From the NCBI GenBank assembly GCA_951406725.2, contig OX597839.1, positions 30,194,001 through 30,258,000 on the forward strand: a DNA stretch of 64,000 bases. The letters run 5' to 3'. Under the pieces are notes generated by a model. The model was given only the letters and a program-made list of their open reading frames with translations. It was not told the DNA's origin and made no database searches. How positions within the stretch are numbered: the first letter of the stretch is position 1; each line of letters opens with the position of its first letter. This DNA is from Octopus vulgaris (lineage: Eukaryota). The position numbers and the translations under genes were made by a program. Shown one piece after another: positions 50,885 to 64,000 of this stretch.

Positions 50885-52875
50885 GTGTATATATATATAT
50901 AAATGGAACAGAAATGCAATAGAGGACAACAAAGACATTTGGACAGATAGACAATACAAAGGCGAACAAGAGAAACAACAATTAGAGGGACACCTGTTTC
51001 TATCTCTCTGCCTCAATATAACCTTTTGTCATCTGACACAAGGTCACCTCCTCCAATGTCCCCTCCCCTCTCAAAAGAATTTTTTGTCTCGCAAGTTACT
51101 TGGTGACCCTCTTAGTGCAGGTACCACTTAAAGAGCATCCAGTCCACACTGCAAAGTGGTTGGCATTTGGAAAGGCATTTAGCTGTAAAAACCTTGCCAA
51201 AACATGTAAAAAGCACTCAGTCCACTCTGCTGAGTGGTTGGTGCTAGGAAGGACATCCAGCTGTAAAAATCTTGCCAGAACATTCACAGAAATCTGGTGC
51301 AGGGTTCTGCCTGGCCAGCTCCTGTCAAACCATCCCACATGCCAGCGTGGAAGGCGGACATTAAACGATGATGATGACGACGATATGTATATATATATAT
51401 ATATATATAAATGATAGAAAGTGGAATGAATGACATTCTGCATTAGAATCACTACAATTGTTTCAACACATTTTTACACCTGTAGTACATTGGTGTGATA
51501 TTGTGTAATCATCGTCATCCATCCTGGATCTAAAATGCTCCTCTTCAAGTGATTGTTTAGATAAATCCTTTGTAAAATCCTGCTGTCATTTTACTCAGTG
51601 TGAGAATGAACACCCAAAGTGATGTGTCATTTTCGGCAGTTTACAGACAAAACTAAATCCCTAGATATAGTGACAAATAAAAATACAATTATAATGAAAA
51701 TAAAACACAGAAACAAAGAAATAGGCAAAAAAGGTGATGTTGGCTACACTAACATAGCTGAAGTATGTGCGGCCCTTCCATTTGCCGCCCCCGGAGAACA
51801 CAAAAAACACATATTGCCTACAACAGACTCAAAAGTGGTGCCTCCCCCTCCCTTGCTACATTAGTGATTGGCTATAAATTACAATTCTGTCTTGATGGTC
51901 AGATTATAAGAAACAAATTACAAAACAAAATGAAAAATAAAAGTGTGCATATATATATATATATATATATATGATTCAGTGCCAGAATGGTTGGCATTAG
52001 GAAGGGCAGCAACCAGCTGTAGAAACCTTGCCAGATCAGACTGGGGCCTGATGCAGCCTCCTAGCTTGCCAGTCCTCAGTCAAACCGTCTAACCCATGCC
52101 AGTCTGGAAAACGGATGTTAAACAACGACAATAATGATATGCAAACATCAATAAATATAAATACATATATACACACACACACACACAAATATATTTGGAT
52201 AAAAATATATCCCAAAAGAAGCACACTCTAAACGTTAGAGCAGCAGTACTTTTATAGGAAGTTAATGGCTGCAGATTACCTCTTTTCAAATTGGAGCTTA
52301 TTTATATATAAATAGTTATATATATATATACACACATATATATACACTCTCTCAACCAGCACCAAGATGTGATAGTCAAAATGTATGAAAAATCCTAAAT
52401 GTCAAATTTCATTTTTAATTCATCTGAAGAAAACAGTTTTTTTTTTTACATGATATAATTATCGGAAAAAAATAACATGCCTGAAACAACTGTAGTGAAC
52501 ATCAGCCCATCTGTGATATTATTTATACAGCACCAATACTCGGAACCTTCCCTGCATTGGATTTTAAGCCTACAATGGACTGTGGATTGCATGCCAGCGT
52601 ATGCTCTTGGGTGATTTTACATGTACATTGGGTGTATTTGGTCTGTGCTTGTGAACGGATGTAGAACTGGAAGGAGAAATCCATATTTACTTTCGTACAT
52701 AGGTGGGTATCCATGCATACAGTTAGTGCACCGGTATGCTATCCCCAACCCTACCTTGGTGTCTTTCTTATTAAAAGAGATTCTATTGGATCCTGAAAAT
52801 GATAATTATATATAAAGGTGGTTCTCCTGCATGGCCACAGTCAAGTGACTGAAACAAGTGAAAGAATATATATCT

Positions 52876-54090
52876 TTATGATGGACTCTCTCAGCAAAGA
52901 TGTGCCACGCGTTAGGTGACAAAAGGGGGACAAGAACAGATCCCTGCAGTACACCAGATGACATCTCATAGGGTGAAGAATGCATAGGGCCATAGAACCG
53001 TGACTACCTCTTTTTGGTTGAGAATGAAGGACTCCAACCAGTTAAAAAGATCATCTTTCACACTCATTGCAGAGAGTTTTGCCATAAGCCTTTTATGTGG
53101 CACAGAATTAAAAGCCTTAGCAAACTCAAGGTAAACAACATCCATCAATGACCCGGGTGATGTTTTCAAGAAACTCAATAAGTTTATCACAGCAGCTCGA
53201 GTCAGGGATAAATTCAAATTGTGAGGGCTAAGGCTGTGAGAATTCCAGAAGTTCCAGAATGTTTCTCTAACTCAAGTTTCCATCAGTTTGGCAATGCAGC
53301 TTGTAGGACTGACTAGACAATAGTTGAGAATCGACGACGTGTGGTCGCCCTTTTTGAGCAGAGGAATGACACTGGCAGTTTTTCACTGTTGTTAAGACAG
53401 AACTGAAAGAAGAGTGGGAACTGGTGCAGGAGGAAGTACCCACCACGTTTGAAAGGCAGGTATGTAACATCATCAAAACCAGGAGAGGCACAGTTGTGCT
53501 TATTCTTAAGGTGACGTCGCAGCATTGCAGGCGTAAATTCCGAAGTTGTTATGGATTTTAGTGTCAGAGGTGGTGGAAATGGTATGTTTTGGTTTTCAAC
53601 AGTAAAAATGCCTGCGTAGTATTCAGCAATGAGTTCTGCGCATTCTTTGGGATCATCAGTAATCTGGTTTGTGTGGGGATTGCGAAGAGGAACAACTGAA
53701 GAGTGAGGTCTGCTTTGAATGTACATATTTCCAGAACACCTGGCTGTCAGGGTCAGTTGCTATGTGCTGCTCAAATTCAAGCTCTGCCTTTTTTATCACC
53801 TGCCCGAGATGGTTTGATTGTTTATTGTGTTTTTTCCTTTTTATGTCTGATTTATGCAGTTTGTGTTCCCGTTCAGCATTATGACGTTCTTTCCTGGCAA
53901 CTCTAACTGCTGCAGTCTCCCAAGTTGTACTTTTGGGATGTTTTTTTGTGCTTATGTGGGACTGATGCTGTCGATATTGAGTTCAGGATGTTCTGAAGTA
54001 GAGTGTTCACAACTTCAGAGTCGTAAAATTCCAGCCAGTTTGGGCATTGTAGCTTGGTGAAGTAAGAGTTCCAGTCAAAGCGAACAGTTT
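52876..54090 (-). mobile_element. CR1/L2-clade LINE RT remnant
   Basis: DVVYLEFAKAFNSVPHKRLMAKL, ASPGFDDV, KECAELIAEYYAGIFT. Confidence 0.85.
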
Positions 54091-54123
54091 GAGATGGCTC
54101 TGGTTTTTGTTACTGCCCATGCA

Positions 54124-54176
<53 letters not shown>

Positions 54177-54961
54177 TCATACATATAGATTTGTATTATA
54201 TAGGAATATATGTTTATTATATGAATACATTTATATATATATAGACATATATATGTATACATATACACATGTTTGTATGTATATATATATGTGTGTATAT
54301 ATTTATATTTTATATATATATTTATATTTTATATTTTATCTAGTTTCAGCTCACGATATATATGTGCATATGTATATAGTGTGTGTGTTTATATTCATAT
54401 ACATACACACACATGTACAAATATGCACATACATACACACACTCGAGCAACCACCCACCTCTACACACACACACACACACACACATTGCTATCTTGGGTA
54501 ATCAGGATAATCAAACATTTTCTATGCTCATAAATGGTGATGTGAACTTCAATCTTGGACCCTTTTTTTTTTTGTAAGTGTCCCAGTTTTTTTCTTGTCT
54601 GTGAAACATCAGACAATCACTGATCAGATTTTAACCCTGATTAAATGAAAACTGAATCAAAGTTAAATCGAGAGAGGATGATTTAATTGATTGAATTGAT
54701 AATGTGTAAAATGGGGGCAGAAAAGGTGTGTGTGTGTGTGGGGGTCTGGTTTGGTTTTCCTTCCTTTTTAGTATTTTTTTTTTTTACAGAGTAGTTAAGA
54801 AGTCAGTTCTGTTGTCACCCTGATCTTGAGGATTAATCCCACACTGTGGAACTTCAGATAGATGTTTTCTGCTATGGCCTTGGGCTGACCCTGGCCTTAT
54901 GGGATTAAGGAGGGAAACTGTTTGCTAGCTTCACATATCATCATCATTATTGTCACCACCA

Positions 54962-55175
54962 ATGGCAAGCTGGCAAAAACTTTAGCACGCCGGGCAAAGT
55001 GCTTAGCAGTATTTCGTCTGTCTTTATGTTCTGAGTTCAAATTCTGCCAAAGTTGACTTTGCCTTTCATCCTTTCAGGGATGATATATTAAGTATGACCA
55101 TCTGCATACTGGGGTCGATCTAATCGACTGGCCCCCGCCCTAAAAATTTCGGGCCTTGTGCCTCAAGTAGAAAAC
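54962..55175 (+). mobile_element. tRNA-derived SINE (family A)
   Basis: Homologous to 7809-8040. Confidence 0.82.
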
Positions 55176-56439
55176 ATCATTGACACCACCACCATCATTG
55201 TTTTTAATGTCCACTCTCCCATGCTTGTATACGTTAGATGGAATTCATTGTGGTGGATCTTATGTGACTGGATGCCTTTCCTTCTGCCAACACTCACCTG
55301 TTTCCAGGCAGGATAATATTGTCCACCATGGCCAGACATGTTCTGTACAGAAGACTGGCCTTGAAGAACACTGCTTGTATGACGGGGATGCTTGTTTACA
55401 ATTGTTGTACCATGTGAAGAGAAAGAAGCTTCAGCACGTGAAGAAACACACACATATTGTGTGTGTGTGTGTGTGTGTGCATTCGCTCCAATATAAAAGA
55501 TTAACATTGTAAGAAAAGTGTTGCTGTTGCTGATGTCTATCAACTTTAGCATCCTGCGTAAAATGCTTTGCAACATTTCAACTGTTTTTACATTCCTTGT
55601 TCAAATTCTGCCAAGGTCAACTTTGCTTTCTGTCGTTTTGAGGTCAATAAAAAAAAGGACAGCAACAGCAACACTTTTCTTACAATTTCCTATCACTGGG
55701 AATCCTACACCCCCTCCCACTCCAATTCCTTCCCTGGTTCCTTTTCTTTAGAAGCAACTCAGAGTAGTTTTGCAGCTGTGACCCCTGTAAAAACTGGAGC
55801 CACCAGGGACACCAACATATTTCGCTTTTCATCTCACTTGGTCAGTGTCTTTCAGAGACAATGCCAGGGAAGGAATGCTTAATAAACAAGGATCTGGTGA
55901 AAGGATGAAAGGATTACCATTTTATTTAACCCTAACCAATTTTCACCTCTTGCAGACACCATTTTGGCATTCAATAAACAGTTCTTTTACAGTAAACAGC
56001 TGTTAATAGTGAGACTAGATAATGGCAGCTGGTGTTCTTCTCCTCCTTTTTTACTATTACTACTACTACTACTACTACTACTACTTATAATAATAATAAT
56101 AATAATAACGATTTTCTTCCAATCTGTCCCTATGAAAACCTCTTGTACCTGATACAGGAAAGGTTACATTCCAGAGATTACAATTTCCCCCTTGAGGCCC
56201 AGAAAATACTTCAGTTCTGGTCCAGTGGTGATTTAATCTCCAGTAAGGTCCACAATGAAGCATTAGCGTTCCCGCACCTGGGATGGTGGTGTTGTTACTC
56301 ATACAAACCTCATAGACAAATCATCACAAAGATTCCCTCATCAACAGACCCTAACCCTTGCTCCATACTCTCTTTACTCTGTCATTATTGCAATAACTTC
56401 TGCACTTCTCACCTAATTAGATGTATAGCATTAGCAGTG

Positions 56440-56928
56440 TTAGCTATAGTCTGGTCACCCATATAGTCAGTCAGGTGATACACAAAGGCGTCATACCCAA
56501 TGACTGGTATAGCAGCACCATAGTCAACTGCTACAAAGGTAAAGGTGATGCCTTAGGCAGGAATAATTACAGAAGCATCAAGTTGTTGGATCAGATAATG
56601 AAAGTCACAGAGAGATGCAGTTTGGGTTTGTGCCTAGGAGAAGCACCACTGATGCTATATTTCTGGTAAGACAGGTGCAGGAGAAATGCATAGCCAAAGA
56701 TAAACTTATGCATCTGGTTTTCATTGACATGTAGAAAGCCTTTGACAGGGTCCCCTGATCCCTTATCTAGTGGTTAATGCGAAAACTAGGGATAGATAAG
56801 TGGTTAGTGAGAGCTGTACAAACCATGTACAGGGATGCTGTCAATAAGTTGAGGGTTGGCAACGAGTATAGTGAAGAATTTTGGGTAGGGGTAGAAGTCC
56901 TCAGCCCCCTCTTATTCATCATAGTCCT
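56440..56928 (+). mobile_element. RTE LINE RT fragment
   Basis: VIPNDWYSSTIVNCYKGKGDALGRNNYRSIKLLDQ; homologous to 40478-41125. Confidence 0.88.
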
Positions 56929-59269
56929 GATGTACATCTTCCATCGGTAAAGTAACAGCTTTCATTTCAAAACTTGATCAAGTATTGTCAGATCTCAAAT
57001 TCAAGCTGCAGGATTTGTCAGAGACCTTGGCATGGAGCAAGAACGATTGTTGAATAATGTCCATATTATCTGTTGGTTATTGTTGGATGATGTTTGCTTC
57101 TGACAGGATCCTATGGAGAAGATGCCTGAGGACTCTATCCCCATGACCGTCTCAGGAGTAATGGCTGAAGAAAATGAGTGAATGGATTTGACAATTTATT
57201 CATTCATAAACCTAAAACATGTAGGAACCTCAAGAAATCATAACAATCAGTGCAGACTTTGACTTGTTTTATTAACTCTGTTAATTCTGTAGAGGACATT
57301 AAAAAGTAAAATCCTGACAATTCTTGTCTTCACTTTAGCCTCCATTGAGGAGTTCTATTGATCTCCATTGGATGGGTCAATGGCCTGATACCATCTGTTT
57401 TGTGTTCACATGAATTGTAAACATTCTTAGATTTGACCTTGTCATATTTTTGACCCAAATAAAATTCCCACCAAGTCTGCATTACACAGACCCATATTTC
57501 TTTCTTACTCCTAACTGTTCAATTGGCCCCATTCATGGCCACATGTCTGGCTTGTGTCTCCCAGCAACAATAAGTTTTTAAGACTGTTCTTGATTTCTTT
57601 TGCTTTTCAGTTATTAAGTCCAACCATTTCTGTTTGAAGAAGTGACCTAAGTGAATGTATGAAGTATTGAACAACCAGCTTATGGAGTCTTATTACATAC
57701 TCTGCTAGATATAAAACATCTTAACATCTGGAAATGTTTCCTGAGATAGACTAGCAGTTTATCCAGAGTAGATTTATCTCTCATCTCCTTAAAACTATGA
57801 AACTAGAAGGAAGCCTATTCATATTTAAATGACATTTACATTACTTTCTCTGATTTCCATAATAATACTCTTGTTTACAATACTTTGTAAATCTCAGATT
57901 GCCTTGCCCTAAATAGTTTTATGGCCTCTGGTTTACAAGGAAGAAAAACGTGAGTTTATGACATTCAAAAACAACTTCAAGGATACTTATGATATGCATG
58001 ATCTAAATGGCTGCAACCGTAAACTGAAAGCAGGTTATAGACTTAATTTACAATAAGCCTACCTTTACTCTATGACCGTCACCTGTCAAACAAGAATTAG
58101 ATAACAATTATCAAGTTGAAGTGAATTATGTCATTTAAAATACTTTTAACTTTCAGAAAAACTGAATGAATGAGTCACTTGAATCTTCGCAGTTGATTAC
58201 AGCAACGATAGGATAAAATTTCATTGACATTTAAAATAGGTTTTTATCTGTGCTACATCATTAACACGTTAAATAAATCAGGTGTTTTTGGTTAAATTAC
58301 TGATAGATATCACCAATGTATATTTGACTTGAATCTGTAATTATTTTGTCTTGTTCCATGATGAATAATAAATAAGAAAACCACGAGTGAATGACCAAAT
58401 GGTTCAAGTGATTCTTTGTTGAAATCAAGTGCTACAGATCAGATTCTCAAACAAGTCATATTGTACTATTTGCATAAGGTCATTCTATCCTATTGTTGTT
58501 TCAACCTTCTTTACCTGGAGCGGTGGTAAAAACGGAGAAGGGCGTAAACATTTTTTCTTTACAGTTGGATGGTTTTGAAGATTATATCACTATGGGGAAT
58601 ATATCTAATCCAGACGACATGAATAGCTAAGGTGGAAAGATATATAAATATAAAATTTTATAGTATCATCACTCTGTCTTATATATATAAAAAAAAACAA
58701 GATCATTTTACTAAATCAAAAATATTAAATTCACAATTTTAATTACAAGAGAACTTTTCTAACTTTATAACATTAACAATAATTAAGTTTGTATGCAAGA
58801 GTTGATTCCACTACAAAGATCCATTGATTAGGCTGCCTGTCTTGGTACATTAGCTATGATAATGAGAGACAGCAACGAGTTGAATGTCGTAATTGCATCA
58901 GGGAATATGCAGTTCAGTGAGTTTGTTTAGTTTGGTAGATTTAGGGTTGGAGAAACATTCGATCTATGTATTGATTTTTAATTGAATATTTTATCTTTCA
59001 TATCAACTGCTATGTGTATGTGTGTACACATACATACCACCATCATCATCTTCCTCATTTAACATCCCATTTTTTCCATGCTTGCATGGGTCAGATGGAA
59101 TGTGTTGAAGATTTTCCACAGCCCTTCCTGTTGCCAACCCTCACCTGTTCTCAAGCAAAGTAATCTTTCTTCATAGCTAGACATGATTTTCATGGCACCA
59201 CCCTCCCTGTATGAAGGGGATTCTTATTTACAACCATCACATGATGTCAAGACAAGGATACACTCAAAC

Positions 59270-59630
59270 ACATGGCACATAAAAAGCACCATTCAAGCAT
59301 GGTCAATGCCAGTGCTGCCTGACTGGTCCCGTGCCAGTGGCACATACAAAGCACCATTCAAGTGTGACTGTTGCAAGTGCCATCTGACTGACTCCCATGC
59401 CAGTGGCATGTAAAAAGCATCATTCAAGCGTGGTCGATGCCAGTACCACCTGACTGACCCTCATGCTGGTGGCATGTAAAAAGCACCTACTACACTCTTG
59501 GAGTGGTTGGCGTTAGGAAGGGTTTCCAGCTGTAGAAACTTTGCCAGATCAGTTTGGAGCCTGGTGCAGCCCTCAGTCAAACTGTCCAACCCATACCAGC
59601 ATGGAAAGTGGATGTTAAACGATGATGTCC
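59270..59630 (+). mobile_element. RTE-3'-tail element with 3-4 tandem modules
   Basis: Repeated aaaagcaccattcaag modules, then the RTE tail. Confidence 0.8.
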
Positions 59631-61426
59631 GCTTTCCATACTGGCATGGTTGTGAATTAGACAATTCCACATTAACTGCCACATCCTAAACCTTTTGAAC
59701 TTCATCCAAGAAAAAAAAAATCCAGAAATCTTTTCAACGGATAAACCTTCATTCACCAACCCAGTTTGATCATTTCCTCACTGATCTGCTGTGATCTTTC
59801 CTTTTGTGTTCGCCCATATAAACTTCAAAAGGGGTCTTCTCTGGCAAACTTACCACTTGTATACCTCTCCTTGCTAAAAGTTACTTGATACAAACATGGT
59901 CTGAAGGTCGTTGGTCTGGTCTGTGATGGTGACTGGTCGAGTTGAGGAATGAAAATAGATTTCTTGGGTTGCATGAAAGAGTCACTGAACAACATTCACG
60001 AATATTTAACAGATTTTATTATTGAACTTAAAGAAAAACTGTTGGCCTTTTACAGATATAGCAATTTCAATAATTACAAACTTGGAGAGAGATTCTGCCT
60101 GGCGTTTACAGCAACCTGCAGTATGCCCAATACAACTGGAAACATTTGTGCTATATTCATGGTGATGAAGGTTCCTGTCATCTATCTGTGCCATCTGTCT
60201 TAGCTGCTTTCTTCAGTTGTCTAAAAGTGCTTGCTGAATGGTTTTTATAGGGAACCAGAAGTCAAATTCTAGAATGTTTGAGAAAACTTGCCCATGCCAT
60301 TGCTTCACACTGATTGGTCAGTTAATAGACTGATCACTTGAAACTATGGTGATTTGCTTGTGATGTCTGACCACACATCCAGGGATTTGGTTTTGAATCA
60401 TTACCATTCACTCTTATATTCTTGCTTCTCCTGTATTGCATCCATTCTATTCAGAAAGAAAATGACACATTGTTTTTCTTAGATAGGAATCCCATTTGAA
60501 GAGAGATTTTTCTTATCTGTTTAATGCTACAGGAAAAGAAAGACTGGGCAGTGATATTATCGGTCTTGGTGATTCATTGCTGGATTTACTAACTCTTTTG
60601 AGAAAATTTGGTATTATTAGACATGGGTAAAATTTAGACAGTTAAAATCCCAGAAAGTGTCACAGAAACAAGTTTTTGAAGATTAACCTCAACCAACTTT
60701 ATCCATTTGATAGATAAAAAGAAGCTTTCTTTCTATCTTAACCAACAATGTATCATGGATCTTGAGTGGCTGCCAGGTTGTTGTATATGGAATTTAGCTG
60801 GATATAACGATTTCCTTCTCAGTTATTTTGATGTCACCCAAAGGAGTGTGGAAGCATGGTTGAGTGCCCGGGGCTATTATTCCACACACTCTCTTGTCCT
60901 GAAGGACAACCTCTCTATTACTGAAGGCCCAAACACATCAACATGCAGTTGGGGTCTGGTGAGTCCAACATCCGAAATGGGTCTAGAGTTTGCTTAGAAC
61001 ATGGCATACTTTCACTCACCAATGGACTACTTATGGTCGAAGCCTAACTCGTATCCTCTTTTGAATTTTTTAAAAATAGATAAAACTGCATTTGCTTCTC
61101 AGAACTTGATGTATGTATACTGACCTTTACTTAAACTCTTGTATAACCTCAAACACCCTGTTTTTACCCCTAGCTTAACCAATCTACAACGGTATGAGAA
61201 AACAACAAACACTGCTCGTAAGTAGTCTTTCATGTTTAATCGCTTTTACGTTTATTTAAAATAACACCGTTTTTCATTGACCCCAGGCCATAAGACAAAA
61301 TCAAAATCTTGATTTTTGCCTTATATACTTCTAGAGTTGATAAACTAAATCTCAGGCAAGAACAATCAACTATAACCTGCTCCTATAAATATGTGACCTT
61401 ATGTTAGTCTGACAAGGAACATTTAT

Positions 61427-61770
61427 TTAACCCTTTGACATTTAAAACGGTCATACACAGCCCAAACATTCTTCTTATTTTATGTTCAAACTGACCAGCT
61501 CTAGCCTCCCACACTTACCCTACAATGTCACTCTAAAAATAAACAATTACATCATTGAAATCCTGTACCATTTTAAGATATAGGGACACTAGGCAATTTC
61601 CCTGGGGTAGCATAGATCTAGGGGCATTGATTTGCCCAGGGGGTTATAATGCTAAAATGGACGGCCCTGTTGAAATCTCGCATCTACAAAATAAGGCATG
61701 ATTAATTCAAAACAATGTGAATAGATAAGCCTTACATTTGACAGAGCAATCTGAATGCTAAAAGGGTGAA
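61427..61770. mobile_element. piggyBac-like MITE carrying a nested ~107-bp hAT-like MITE
   Basis: Homologous to 43536-43756; insert 61563-61669 is flanked by the 8-bp duplication ttgaaatc. Confidence 0.65.
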
Positions 61771-64000
61771 ACTTTACTCAACACGTGTCAGTAATTTAGG
61801 TGAGTCTACAAAGCAGAGTGTATTACTCTTCCTTTCTCATCTGACTAATAAACAAAATAAAAATTAATATTTTGTGAAGATTTTTCTTGTATGGGGTTAG
61901 GGTATGAATTAATTTATTTTTAAACTGACCTCTTTTCTAACAGGTATTTCATACCTGAAGCATATAGTCAAATCGTAGCCTCTATGTCTCTAATTATATG
62001 GTTTGCAGAAATATGTTGGCTAAACTCTTTTTTTCCTTACCACAATAATGCAGAAGCTACGATTTATTCACAGTTGTTGTGTTGAACAGAATCAACTGCT
62101 TGAACTTTCAATGAAAACAGATTTATGAATTGGTGACCATCTCTATTGAATGTTTTTACTAAAAAAAAACATTGGTCTTTAATCCCAAACCTAGACGAAC
62201 TAAGTATCATGTTTGAAAATATAATACTGTGTACACCGAGATTTGAATCCACGATCTAAGGCTAGAATACTCCAATACAGATATCCATTTGGCCGTTATA
62301 CTTCTATATAGCAACGGGGATGGAGACGAAAAATGGTTGCTTTCCCCTCATCTTAGATAGAGGAGATGTTGCGAGGGTCATACTTTTCATATGAACATTA
62401 AAAGACATAAGTAAATTATACGTAAAGGCCTAGCAGACCAGCCAGGAGCACAAACTGCCACATCAACGACCAAGGCTTTCATGTACTTCGTAGGCATTAG
62501 AGATACATTTGACGAAGAACCATCGTTTGTACAGCTGAGCAGAAAACTGATTGTTTGATTATTGCTCTTCAATCTCGACAAATCTTATGTCCAAACGCAC
62601 TCCAGTTTTGACTATCCTGTCTTTTTCAGGCAGTTTATTTAGTGCCACATCAGCGAACGTATCCTTTCTAAATGTTTATATGGATGTGATTAAATGAAAA
62701 TGTTGGCTGCTATTTCTAGCAGGTCGAACGACCATGCATTGACTTTGTTTTTTCGAGGGACTTTATTTAATCGACCATGGAAGAGCATAAAAAGTGAACT
62801 TCAGATACAATTAATAATAATGGTTAATTATTACTGGCTGCACAAATGAAGTAATGTGGTGTTCATGCCTTTCCGAAGGAGATCATCATCGTTAAGTGAA
62901 GCAGGTTTTCCCTCGGCCACTGTCCATGCCTTGTTAAGACCCTGGTCAGGGTTTTCACTGGACAAATCGACTTCAACTGTTCTTCCTGTCATCCAAGGAA
63001 GATTATCTTATGGAATCTATCCGTCCCCTATGTCCTTCTTTATTTCAGAAGGTTAGCTCTGATTGAAGCTAAACAACAGAGCCATCTTTAGCAAGTTGAA
63101 GGACAATTTAAAGGTGAGAAGAAGGTATAGCCCAGTATATCACTGGTATTATTTATTTGACCCGGGAAAGATGAAAGGCTAACTTTACAGTATATCACTA
63201 ACAACAATAATAATTCGCAACAATAACTAATTTCTAATAAATAATAAATATAATCATTAAAGGAAGATCTTCGCCAAAACATTTGGGCGCCCATCGTCGA
63301 CTCTGCCCCCTTTACGTCTCCCCCTTTCTCTCTCTCCATTACCTTTATCCTCCTCCTCCTTCTCTTCTAATACCTACTTCCTCCCCTTCACTCTCTATCT
63401 TTCGCTCATACGTCCTCCCTCTCCTCCTCACTATTATACACACATACTCTATACACACCTCTCTTCCATATACACACCTCTCTATACACACTTCCCACTC
63501 TATCTCATGTCCTCCTCTCTCTCTATTCTGCACTTGAGTTATTTCTCTTCCTTCTCTCTCTCTCTTTTGCACTCTTACCAAACACAATATCTTACGCACA
63601 TTCCTATTTCTTAGCCATTATCCACTCTCTCTCTCTACTCAATTCAACAACTATACACTCGTTTATTCACTCCAGCACCTTCATCTTATTCTTCGACTTT
63701 TGGTCGTCAACACAACCACATTTAAGACTGAATGTTGTCAGCACACACAACACCACCAAACCAACACACACAAATAACAACTATTCTTCCCTCCTTCCTT
63801 CCTTTTTACTAAACGACAGCAGAAGTCGATTTATTACAACTCTAAACCATTTCTAATAACTTTAACTATTATTATTACTTTTACCAATTAATATTAACAG
63901 TCGATTTACCAACAGCTTGAAGATAAAATGTGAAAGAGAAGGCGTGGACCAATTTATTAGGTGCAAACAACACACCACACACATATACAGACCTGTGTGT

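Overview
This is eukaryotic, AT-rich, repeat-dense animal genomic DNA. The SINE/RTE repertoire, (TA)n/(TATG)n load and gene content suggest a mollusc, most likely a coleoid cephalopod such as Octopus (inference). Three spliced protein-coding genes lie on the + strand: the last three coding exons of an SLC36 proton-coupled amino-acid transporter (3360-9856), a complete two-exon UQCR10/QCR9 (21420-26640, 67 aa) and a complete four-exon ZMAT5 (38353-44102, 169 aa, missed by the ORF track). The rest is decayed mariner/Tc1, hAT, RTE, CR1, R4/Dong and HERO/NeSL-like elements, tRNA-derived SINEs, MITEs and microsatellites. Highlights: (1) a ~5.9-kb GC-rich 14-bp tandem array (31232-37116) that appears to have grown in place from 14 bp of a retrotransposon RT coding region, and whose giant ORFs are artefacts; (2) a fold-back Penelope-like insertion carrying a variant hammerhead-ribozyme motif, with the second arm starting exactly at the predicted cleavage site; (3) UQCR10-ZMAT5 adjacency, as in human; (4) several long intronic inverted repeats that could form dsRNA. 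Repeat boundaries are approximate and family calls were made by eye, without database searches.
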